Shown one piece after another: positions 18,656 through 29,200 of a stretch of DNA of 62,389 bases. The position numbers were made by a program, and so were the translations under genes. Numbering within the stretch: the stretch's first letter is position 1; every line of letters begins with the position of its first letter. The DNA is from Candidatus Poribacteria bacterium (GTDB taxonomy: Bacteria; Poribacteria; WGA-4E; WGA-3G): the NCBI GenBank assembly GCA_009839975.1, contig VXOP01000361.1, forward strand, positions 1 through 62,389, read 5' to 3'. Under the pieces are notes generated by a model. The model worked only from the letters and a program-made list of their open reading frames with translations, had not been told where the DNA came from and searched no databases.

Positions 18656-18836
18656 TTTGTATTGCATCGTCCTATAGTTCAGAGGCACGGATGTTTTATC
18701 TTTGTTTTTCTACAGCAGGGATTGCAGGGACTGATGTAACCACCACCCGATAGTCAACGATTATCAGAAAGTTGACAAAATGTGTCCATATTCTGCTAAA
18801 ATACGAACACCTTAAAATGTCAAGGAGACTTAAGAA

Positions 18837-19232
18837 ATGAAACACACAGATAGAACCGACACAGAAGCAGAGAACGAAGTTCGCGAAGCACGAGACGTGA
18901 CCGTGCATCTTCTCAATGCTGCAGTCATGCCACATCCAGGTTTCTACGATATGCAAGAGATTGACTCGACAGCGTTTGCCGAGTTGGTGCAGGAAGCGAA
19001 TGAATTGGGACAGCTGAAGCACTATATCGGATATGAATCAACTCTTGCCTTTGTCCAACATCTAACAGCAATAGACTTGGGGGGCAGGAACATGAATAAA
19101 ACGGAAATGAAGGATGGGGACTCGTTCCTTGTGATCCGACTTGTTTACCGTCCCACACAAGAGCAGAGAAGAACCGACAATCCGCAGCTTGAAGATTTTG
19201 AATTCTTTAAGGGCATCTACTCAAAAGCATAA
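18837..19232 (+). CDS. DUF1874 / STIV-B116-like small protein
   Basis: LLNAAVMP..G.Y....I....F..L......LKHYIGYESTLAFVQHL....L..RNMNKTEMKDGDSFLVIRL matches my memory of the family pattern. Not verified. Confidence 0.4.
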   Translation: MKHTDRTDTEAENEVREARDVTVHLLNAAVMPHPGFYDMQEIDSTAFAELVQEANELGQLKHYIGYESTLAFVQHLTAIDLGGRNMNKTEMKDGDSFLVIRLVYRPTQEQRRTDNPQLEDFEFFKGIYSKA

Positions 19233-19267
19233 AGGAAAAAATTGTCTCATTATTCCGTTCAGGTCTT

Positions 19268-19675
19268 TTAGGTCCTGTTGTGTATGCGGCGATGGCACCC
19301 TGAACAGAGTGCTGTAAGATCAGTGATTTTTTCGTTGAAAATACGTTTATATGTCTCGTGATGCACTTCTGTTGCTGTCGCACCACACTTTCTACATCTA
19401 TAACCTGCCATCTTCAATACTTTTCGCCTTTTCGCTTTCCATTTTTTAGAATTCAGATATACCCGGTAGTTGTCTCTCTTCAAATCCCATAGAATAGATC
19501 TCAACTCTTTTGATACATCACGATCACTCTTTTCAGATGATTTTGAAACTGACTTCGTAGATTTATCCGGCTCTCTTACCTGTCCAAGTTCAGATAAAAA
19601 TCTGTTGATCGCCTTAAGGTTCTTTCGGGAAAGAAGGGATGGTAGTATCTTAAAGAAGTTCATCTGTTTTTCCAA
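19268..19675 (-). CDS. HNH endonuclease-domain protein
   Basis: C-terminal CRKCGATATEVHHETY....LTALCSGCHRRIH. Confidence 0.65.
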   Translation of the reverse strand: MEKQMNFFKILPSLLSRKNLKAINRFLSELGQVREPDKSTKSVSKSSEKSDRDVSKELRSILWDLKRDNYRVYLNSKKWKAKRRKVLKMAGYRCRKCGATATEVHHETYKRIFNEKITDLTALCSGCHRRIHNRT

Positions 19676-19810
19676 TAATGTGATATAATAGTATCCCCGA
19701 TTATACCAAAAAACTGCGTTTAAGGAAACGCATATACAATCATATCTTCTATAGAGGGTAGGACATACAGAAATTTATAGAAATTAGCGGAATTTCGTAT
19801 GAAATTTAAA

Positions 19811-20728
19811 TCACCCGCTCTTACCATACTTATATCTTGCGATTGCACCGCGTTCTGCCAACTCCGCCCTCGCATAATGCGCGGGCATCTGTGGACTCTT
19901 CCATCTACCCGCTTCCTGCATATTAACAACTGATGCACCTGCCTGCGCGAGACTCACAGCAGAACCCACACGGAGAGAATGCCCCGAGATGAAACCGTCA
20001 AACCCTGCTGCATTTGCCCGCTTTACGATGATCTGTCGTGCAGATTGACACGTGAGTCTTTGTCTTTGGATATGATCTCCGCGTCGTATTCTTCTAAATA
20101 ACGCACCTTCAGTTATACTTGCACCAGTCCGGTATCGTGTCAATATCTTACGTGTGTCTTCACCCACATAAAGAGACTCACCGATGCCCGTCTGATCTGT
20201 CTTGCTTTTCCTAATCAGTAAGGTTTGCTTCTCAAAATCCGATATGTCTACTGCTACGACTTCAGCAACCCGCAGCAGACAATCAGACATCAAGCGAATC
20301 ATAGCACTATCACGAAGCCCTGCAACCGTCCGATCTGATTCAGCGAAAGCACAGACACGTTCTACTTGAGCCCATGTCAAGCCATCAACTTGCCCGCGTC
20401 CTCTGTCTTTCCCTTCGCGACGGATACCTGCAAGCACCCCGTTTGTCAGCGTGAGTTCTAAATCCGAATTGCCAGAATACTTTGCACGCCAGCGGACAGC
20501 ACTCACCACTTTTGCAATTGTGCCTGGAGATCTACCAACTTCATGCAGGTGTGTAAGGTATTCAGCCAACAGCACATCATCTAAAGACCTATCACCAAGC
20601 CACGAGGATAAAGCAGCCAAACAGCCACGATATCCCCGCAGTGTGTTCTCAGAGAGGGCCGATGCCAAAATTTTTTTTGTATTTTCCTGGACTGGCAGCC
20701 CGCTTGTTGCTTTCTGTAGTTTGTCCAT
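19811..20728 (-). CDS. Cre-like tyrosine recombinase
   Basis: C-terminal SGHSLRVGSAVSLAQAGASVVNMQEAGRWKSPQMPAHYAR carries the HxxR...W...Y catalytic signature and closely resembles Cre GHSARVGAARDMARAG...GGW...NY. Start chosen at MDKLQK. Confidence 0.8.
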   Translation of the reverse strand: MDKLQKATSGLPVQENTKKILASALSENTLRGYRGCLAALSSWLGDRSLDDVLLAEYLTHLHEVGRSPGTIAKVVSAVRWRAKYSGNSDLELTLTNGVLAGIRREGKDRGRGQVDGLTWAQVERVCAFAESDRTVAGLRDSAMIRLMSDCLLRVAEVVAVDISDFEKQTLLIRKSKTDQTGIGESLYVGEDTRKILTRYRTGASITEGALFRRIRRGDHIQRQRLTCQSARQIIVKRANAAGFDGFISGHSLRVGSAVSLAQAGASVVNMQEAGRWKSPQMPAHYARAELAERGAIARYKYGKSG

Positions 20729-20835
20729 CTTGCGCCTATTGGATAATAACTCATGATTTACACAAAAATCAATACCTAAATATAATACAGAATACCACAA
20801 ATCAACGGAAAATGCCCACCTACATTCTTTTCCGC

Positions 20836-22101
20836 TTACCGTTCCGCTAACTTCGCAACTAAATACTCCTGCCCCCGATTGCCTTTGATGCGGTTACAAT
20901 TGCCACAAAGCAATTGAAGGTTGTCAATATGATCCGTTCCCCCGACTGATCTCGCTATTATATGGTCTATCTCCAGGTGCTGAGCCTCAAAATGTGTGTT
21001 GCATCCATTACAATTACCTGCTTGTTCTCCATACAGAAATTTTTTGTTAGCAGAGGTGTTGTAAGGTGGTGTATTTCCTAAATCTGTGCGGCGTGGAATA
21101 TCTGTTCGGTGTATAATATTTTGAAACAAGCCTTGATCTGTTTTAATACGGTCAACAACTAAGTCAACTGCCTTTGGTGATATGTCAATGCCAACCCAAT
21201 TCCGTTGTAAACGCTCTGCTGCGACACACGTTGTAGCACACCCACAAAACGGATCAAAGACAATACCATCCTTATTACTGGACGCTTCAATGATAAGTTC
21301 TAATAGCGCTGATGGCTTTTGCGTGGGATAACCTGTATATTCTCTTGCTTGACTATTTAAAACTGATATATTCCACACATCGCTGATGGCTTTACCTTCT
21401 GGCATTGGAACATCATATATCGTCCTCCCTTCCTGCTCCCATGTAGGTAGCCTGCTTTTCACCTTTGGATTTTCTCTGTCATATATCCGAACAATCTTCT
21501 TCCCGCTACTTGATCCTGCATTATATCCAGCAGAAATTAACTGCTTTTGGCGTTCTGTTAGTTCACCGTATTGTTTATTGAAGATATAATTATCTGTAGC
21601 GGAATACATCATAATGATGTCGTGGTTGCGCTGGAAGTAACGCGCAGTATTTGTCCATTTTTCATAATGCCACACAATTTCATTCCTAAAGTTTTTCCTA
21701 CCAAAGATTGCATCCATTAGCAACTTCAGATAATGCGACATTGTTGGATCACAGTGCAAGTATATACTCCCATCTGTTTTCAAGATACGGTGCATTTCAA
21801 GCAAACGGGTTGCCATGTAAATCAGATACGATTTATCGGAATCTGTCATAGATGCTTGGATAACACGGTTAACAGCAGGATATTTGGTCTCAATCAAGTC
21901 AAGCCATGCAACATCTAAATCATTGAGTGACCATGTATCCTTGAATTCCGCACCTGCTGCTTGTGATCCGATAGGTGCAGCATAGTTAGCATTGCTATTG
22001 AAAGGCGGATCCAGGTATATCAAATTAATGCATTCAGAATTGATGCCGCGTAAAATAGGTAGGTTATCACCTGTGAATATTGTCTTGTTTGCTATGTTCA
22101 T
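20836..22101 (-). CDS. Beta-class N4/N6 DNA methyltransferase fused to a C-terminal HNH domain (paralog 2)
   Basis: GAGG RBS before the ATG at 22101. DPPFNS, then DPFCGCATT. C-terminal CNGC...IDHIIARS.GGTDHIDNLQLLCGNCN. Confidence 0.8.
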   Translation of the reverse strand: MNIANKTIFTGDNLPILRGINSECINLIYLDPPFNSNANYAAPIGSQAAGAEFKDTWSLNDLDVAWLDLIETKYPAVNRVIQASMTDSDKSYLIYMATRLLEMHRILKTDGSIYLHCDPTMSHYLKLLMDAIFGRKNFRNEIVWHYEKWTNTARYFQRNHDIIMMYSATDNYIFNKQYGELTERQKQLISAGYNAGSSSGKKIVRIYDRENPKVKSRLPTWEQEGRTIYDVPMPEGKAISDVWNISVLNSQAREYTGYPTQKPSALLELIIEASSNKDGIVFDPFCGCATTCVAAERLQRNWVGIDISPKAVDLVVDRIKTDQGLFQNIIHRTDIPRRTDLGNTPPYNTSANKKFLYGEQAGNCNGCNTHFEAQHLEIDHIIARSVGGTDHIDNLQLLCGNCNRIKGNRGQEYLVAKLAER

Positions 22102-22261
22102 CGGTTCATACCTCAAAGTAAAACATTGTGTAACGCGTCTTTTTTCATTATATCACAAATGGACAAGTTGAAGTAAAGCTGAATGATTTTTACCATCCAA
22201 CTTTTTCCCGGTACCACATTCTATCCTCCTTGAGTATATATGCGTTATTTTATTAATCATC

Positions 22262-22293
22262 ATATAATATGTATACATATTATATTTTACAAG
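22262..22293. repeat. 24-bp perfect palindrome plus TATATTTTACAA motif (centromere/operator-like)
   Basis: ATATAATATGTA|TACATATTATAT (22262-22285). It shares the core ATATGTATACATAT and the adjacent TATATTTTACAA with the parA upstream region (57194-57282). Confidence 0.55.
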
Positions 22294-22305
22294 TAAAATT
22301 AAAAC

Positions 22306-22335
22306 TTGACATTAATTGCATTTAGAATGTATAAT
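22306..22335 (+). promoter_or_regulatory. Strong sigma-70-type promoter (TTGACA-18-TATAAT)
   Basis: TTGACA 22306-22311, TATAAT 22330-22335. It faces the adhesin gene about 870 nt downstream. Confidence 0.55.
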
Positions 22336-22562
22336 ATGCTTGTCAGTTGAAATTTTGAAGAAAAAGGTTGATTAACAGACGCTACTATGTCCTTTAGAAT
22401 TCAGTCATAGATATTTTTTTCAGAGTTGGAACAATGGAAAACCGACAAAGAAACCGTCATTTTGTCCAAATATACGTGCCAGATGCCTATTGTTTGTGCG
22501 GAGATTGGGTTGGTGCCCTGGTGGCCTCGCTTGATGCTTCTGTTTTAACATCGGTTTTGAGT

Positions 22563-22573
22563 CCCCCCCCCCC
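22563..22573. repeat. Homopolymeric C11 tract
   Basis: Eleven consecutive C residues in the long untranslated region upstream of the adhesin gene. Confidence 0.9.
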
Positions 22574-22807
22574 AACGTCACCGTTAAATTTAGAAACACA
22601 GAACAGAAAAACAACTTTGGTAGTTTGCTGTAACCGCACGTCCGTTCTGGAGCGTTACGGGTTTTTTGTTACATTCGGTTTTAGATGATAGGTAGTCTTG
22701 GTGTTCATAAAGATCATCAAAATTAAATCGTTTTAATGTCTATTACAATTTTAATAATTTACTAATATATTTTTGGAGGTCGCAATGATGGTTATTTGCA
22801 GCATTTG

Positions 22808-22968
22808 ACAGATAAGGGATGTTTGTCTACGGCTATGTGACTACTTTATCTTAATTCGCAATAATTGTGAATTAAGTCCCATCTAACTTTACTCAATTTA
22901 TATCACCAACACTCCTAATACAAGTTAGGTTTAAAACCTCTAATCCTTAATTCCCTTCCTTATCTGTC
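22808..22968. other. Candidate invertible DNA switch (11-bp inverted repeats flanking 139 bp)
   Basis: GACAGATAAGG at 22808-22818 and CCTTATCTGTC at 22958-22968. The interior carries a minus-strand TTGTAT-15-TGATATAAA promoter-like sequence. Confidence 0.3.
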
Positions 22969-23201
22969 CATTTGTTCTTCTTATACCCTATTATCATGTC
23001 GGTTTCGCAAGTTCTACCCGACCTACAATTACAGTGAAATTCAGAAGTATATGCACAATTTCGGTCCAATGGATATAAACCATTATACTGAAAGGTTTAA
23101 TAATGTCTATTTATGTGTTTTGATTTTTGATGTGTTATCAAGAATCTGAAGTACAATCTTGTCCTGATATAAAACTGAGCAAATACTCAGGAGGTATTGA
23201 A

Positions 23202-26200
23202 ATGATTATTGCAAATATGTTCAGATGGAAATATACGTTAATATCAATTAGTGCGGTGTTTATACTTTACATAATTCATTTTAGTAATATAGCATATTCA
23301 ATTCCAGTAAGTGAACGGACAGAGCAAGTTCAGGAAGAAATTAAAAGAGCCTTAGATATAGATGAGGTTTCACAAATAACTGATGCACATCTTGCACGTA
23401 TTACTGCGTTAAATCTTAAAAATAAAGATATTCACAGTTTAAAATCTGGTGATTTTGAAGGTTTATCAGGATTAAAAAACTTGAATTTATTTGGCAACAA
23501 TCTTGATGTATTACCTAATTCAATATTCTCTGGATTAAAGTCTTTAACAGTGCTTCGGTTAGGTGGTAACAATACATATCCACTTCAGACACCCATAAAA
23601 TTGGAAAAAATATCGGATGGCGAGTTTAGAGCGGTTGTTATAACAGCTGCGCCCTTTGATATAGAATTAGATATTAATATAGTGAATGGAACTACGAAGA
23701 ATTCAAAGATTACCGTAAACAAAGGTAGCACCTATAGTTCTATTTTGAATGTTGAGCGAATATATGGAACAACAGATATAGTAACTGCAGAAATAAAAGT
23801 ATTACCGCAATTACCAAAGTTCCATTATGGATATATATTTGTAAAATCTAATAGAAGCCCCATCAACGTTATTGATAAAGTTGAAGTAATTATTGATAAA
23901 ACGCCAGACGACAACGTGGTAGATGAAGTTATAGAAGAAGATGAAGTACAGGATGATAGTTTAGATAATCAAGAACCAGAAATAGAAACATCAGAAGTCC
24001 AAAATGATATAACCAATAATCCTCCCTATTTTGGGACCAACAATATATTTGTTCGATACATAGAAGAAAATGTTATAGCAGGCATCAATGTTGGTATGCC
24101 GATTACTGCCATAGATCAAGATCCGAATGATACATTGATATATAGTCTTGATGGATTAGATCAAGAATCATTTAGTATTGATTCAAAAAGCGGTCAAATA
24201 CTAACCAAACTGCCGTTGGATTATGAAAGCAAAAATTTGTATATTGTCAGGGTAGTTGTTTCTGACTATAAGGATAAAAATTGGGTTTATGTTGTTATAA
24301 AACTCATAGATAAGAACGATGGCAGGACAAACTTTGTGGAAGATTTTTTAGATATAAATGAAAGAACGCCAGCAGTTCAAGATGCAATTATTAGTGCAAT
24401 TCCAAATATTGATAATGCAGAAAACATAACTGTTGACCATCTTGAATCTATTACTGAACTTAATTTACGCGGGGCAGGTATTACACAATTAAAATCAGGC
24501 GATTTTTCAGGTCTTCACGGATTAACGAATCTAAATCTATACGGAAATATGCTCAGGAGACTTCCCGAGGATATATTTAACGGATTGATCTCACTAAAAT
24601 CGTTGCGCCTGGGTAGGAATATATTTGATCCCTTGCCAATTCTTGTATCATTTCAGAAGATAGAGTTTGACAAATATCAAGTCGTAATACCAACTGGAGC
24701 ACCTTTTGATATAAATATGTTGGTTAACAATAATACTTCTATTGATACTGTCAGGATCAAAAAGGGCGATACAAGAAGTAACGTTTTCACTTCTAAAGGC
24801 ATTCCAAAAATTGAACAGTTACCAACATTACCTCGTAATCATTTCGGATATACTATATCACAATCTACAGTGTGTCATAGAAGTGAACAAGTTATAAAAG
24901 GAATTACAAATTCGTTAGGTCAACCTGATTGCCGACTTATAAGCGACCTTGATCTACTATTAATTAGAGATTTAGATCTTAGCGGTATGTCTATTGAATC
25001 ATTAAAGTCATTCGATTTTTCGGGATTATTAATGCTGAACCACATTGATCTGAGTAACAATAAACTATCTAAACTTCCGGAAGGTATATTTGATAAATTG
25101 ACCAGAATTCAATCACTTAACTTACATAATAATCGTTTCGATCCATTACCAATAACATTCTTATTGGAAAAAGTCGGTAAAGACCAAATAAAGATAACTA
25201 TACCCGTATGTGCTCCATCTGAAATGAATATACCAGTGAGCGTTAAGGTTGGCGAAATTGTAAGTAATAAATTTATAGTACAAATATCTACTGGCAATTA
25301 TGAAAGTGATCTCTATACAATAACCAGACCCGATGATACATTAGATTATATTTATGTGGATATTGTTGATCCTATTGATATACCTAATACACATAGTGGA
25401 TATACATTTATAGGAAATACGAATACACCCTTAGAAATTTTTGAACGCATAAATGTTGCCCCCGTTTTCGTTGAAGGTGAAAAGACAAATCGCAATATAG
25501 CAGAAAATACGGACTCAGGCGAAAATATTGGAATACCAATTACAGCTACGGATATAAACAACGATAAACTGAATTATACGATTACTGGACAAGATGCACA
25601 GTCCTTCAGTATTGATAATAGCAATGGACAGATCATAACAAAGTCTCCACTCGATTATGAGACAAAATCAGAATATTCTATAATAGTTAATGTGTCAGAT
25701 GGTATACTAACAACTAGCATAATTGTCGCTATAAAAATCGATGATGTATATGAAAATATATATCCAGTTTTTGTTGAAGGCGAAAATACAACGCGTAATA
25801 TAGCAGAAAATACGGATATAGGTATAGGTATTAATGCTATAAAGGCGACAGATGCTAATGAGAATGATACATTAGAGTACACGCTTAGCGGTACAGATGC
25901 TTCACGTTTCAAAATTGATAGTGCCTCCGGGCAATTGATAACAAATTCGCAACTTGATTTTGAAACAAAATCATCTTATTCAATTATTGTCCATGCATCA
26001 GATAATAACGGTGGCACAGATTCTATCACAGTTAAGATTATAGTAAACGATGTCAACGAAGCACCTGTATTTATATCAGATCTATCAACACGTATAACTA
26101 TAGACGAGAATATAACTACAAGAACAAATATCGGTAAATTCACTGCTACGGATGAAGACAAAGATGACATTCTAAAATGGACTATAACCGGTGAAGAGGC

Positions 26201-29200
26201 ACAATATTTCCACATCATATCTACTACAGGACAACTTCAAACAAAATCACCACTTGATTATGAAACAAAATCTTTATATACATTTGATGTAAACGTATAT
26301 GATAATCACGGTTTGAGTGATACCATTAGTGTTGATATTGAAATAAGTGATATTGATGAAAATACTGCACCTGAATTTATAGAAGGTGAAACCGTAAGTA
26401 GATATATAGCAGAAAATTCTAATGCCGGTATAGATATCGGGTCTCCAATTACAGCTCGTGACAGTGAACAAGACTCACTTGTCTATACCATCCAAGGCAC
26501 AGATGCAAATACATTTGATATTATTAGCACGACTGGTCAATTAAAAACAAAAGATTCTTTGGACTATGAATTTAAGAATTCTTATTCAGTCCAAGTCATT
26601 GTATCTGACGGTAAACTCACTGATACAATAACGGTTACAATATATATTAATGATGTTTTTGAGATTGTAGATATAGAACCTGATATACCCGAAACTACGC
26701 AACCTGATATACCCGAAACTACGCAACCTGATACATCCGAAAACACGCAACCTGATACACCCGAAAACACGCAACCTGATACATCCGAAAACACGCAACC
26801 TGATATACCTGAAACTATAGAACCACAAACACCTCAAAATAACGCACCATATTTTATTAGTGGTATTCCTACATCACGTTCTATAAATGAAAATGTTCCG
26901 ATAGGCACAAACATTGGCAACCCTATAACCGCTAAAGATGATGACGATGGTGACAAATTGACGTATAGTTTGATAAATTCAAGTGCTGCCCCTTTTGAAA
27001 TTGACGCTACATCAGGCCAAATTAAAACAAGCACAAATGTAGATCATGAAAACAAGAATTCATATACTATAACAGTTCAAGTTTCTGATAGTAAACTGAC
27101 AGATACTATAGCAATCACTATTAATATAATAGACGTAAACGAAGCACCTGTTTTCAATGCTGGTAATACTGCAACACGTTCAGTGTTAGCAAATACCGAT
27201 AGTATTACTAATATTGGAAGCGCATTTTCAGTATCGGATGACGATGGAGATGCACTCACATGGACATTAAGTGGTACAGATGCAAGTTCATTTAGTATTG
27301 ATGATAAAGGTCAACTGAAGACTAAAGATAATATCGATTATAGTTTAAAACAATCCTATGCTATAACAATCACAGTATCTGATGGCACCTTAACTGATAC
27401 GATTAAGGTTACGATAAACACTATAGATACAAATGAAGCACCTGTTTTTGCATCTGATACTACTACCCTTGAAATTGCTGAAAATACAGCATCAGGGGTT
27501 AACATAGGAAGCCCTATCACAGCAACGGATGCAGATAATGATACACTTACATATACACTCAGCGGAACAGATGCAGCCGCATTCAGTATTCAAAGCACAT
27601 CTGGACAAATAAAGACTAAAGAATCAACAGATCATGAGACGAAAGATACTTATGAAGTCATAATCACCGCATCAGATGGGAACAAATCAGACACTATCAC
27701 TGTTACCATTGAAATAAAAGATGTCAATGAAGCACCCGTTTTCACAGACAGTAGTGATATTACGCGTGAAGTAAATGAAAATACAGCACCCAATGAAGAT
27801 ATTGGTGATTCTATAGATATATCCGCAACAGATCCTGATGATGGTGATACACTGACGTGGACACTTGGAGGAACAGATGCAGCATCTTTTAATTCCGAAA
27901 TAGATTCTGATTCAGATACACTGCAATTAAAAACTGTATCGGCTCTTGATTATGAAACTAAAAATAGTTATTCATTGAAAATTATTGTATCAGATAGTGA
28001 TGGCTTAGAAGATGATATTTCTGTAACGATAAACATAAATGATGTATACGAAGCACCACCTAATAGCGCTCCTGTATTTACAGATGGTGCTAATACTGAA
28101 CGATCAATCGCTGAAAATACAGCATCAGGGGTTAACATAGGAAGCCCTATCACAGCAACTGATGCAAATAATGATACACTTACATGGACACTCAGAGGAA
28201 CAGATGCAGCCGCATTCAGTATTCAAAGCACATCTGGACAAATAAAAACAAAAGCAGCATTGGATTTTGAAACCAAAACTACATATACTATAATTGTTAA
28301 TGTTAGTGATGAAAAGGGTGGAACTGATAGTATTACTGTCACTATCAAAATTACCGATGTCAATGAAAATCCAGGATTTTTAGAAGAAAGTGTTACATAT
28401 TCTCTAAATGAAAATACGGCATCAGGTAAAAATATAGGTAAACCATCTGTGAACAATCCTAATAAGGATAACTTGATTTTTGAACTTAAGGGTGATGGAT
28501 CTAATGCTTTTGATATTGTTTCTAACACAGGTCAATTACGAACTAAAGATATATTCAATTACGAATCAGATCCTACAAGCTATTCTTTTCAAATTGACTG
28601 TAAATTAGGTGAAAATACTATTGATACAATTGATATTACTGTAAATATTAGAGATATCAATGAACCTCCAAAATTTAATATTAATGCTAAAGGTCTATCA
28701 AAAGAGTTTACTATTAGTGAAAAATTATTGTTCCCGACTATTAGTAACACTATTGCCATAATAGATGCTACAGATGAGGATGCTATAGATAATGAAGAAT
28801 ATACAAGACATAATATGCGTTATTCTAACAGATTGAAATATAAGATTGCAAGTAGCAATAGCAATCTTTTTACAATTGAACAAAGCACCATTACCTTTAC
28901 AGGAATAAACGTGTCAAAGACTGGTGGCCAGTTATATTTATATTACTCATCAGATGAAGAAAAATATGATACTGAAAAAACATACAAACTTAAAATTATT
29001 GTAGAAGATAGCAAGTTAGCAAGAGATTCTATTGATATTACAGTAAAAGTGAAAAAAAATAGTCCGCCATCATTTGTGGATGGTGATTCTACCACACGCG
29101 AAGTAAGCGCAACTGCAAATCTAGGTACTTTTGTAGGCGAACCTATATCTGCAACAGATCCTGATGGAGATAAACTTGAATATAAATTTGTTTATTTAAT

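Noticed and set aside
22420-22688. ORFs 22434..22688 (+) and 22420..22614 (-) spanning the poly-C tract.
   Set aside because: No convincing RBS, mutually overlapping on opposite strands, and odd composition. I treat the region as non-coding leader, although a phase-variable small ORF cannot be excluded.
25109-28528. A dozen 60-100-aa ORFs on the minus strand inside the adhesin gene. The same applies to those inside 843..5027, 50531..54127 and 54221..55348.
   Set aside because: They lie antisense within long, well-supported genes built from repetitive domains. They lack RBS signals and have low-complexity translations, so they are shadow ORFs.
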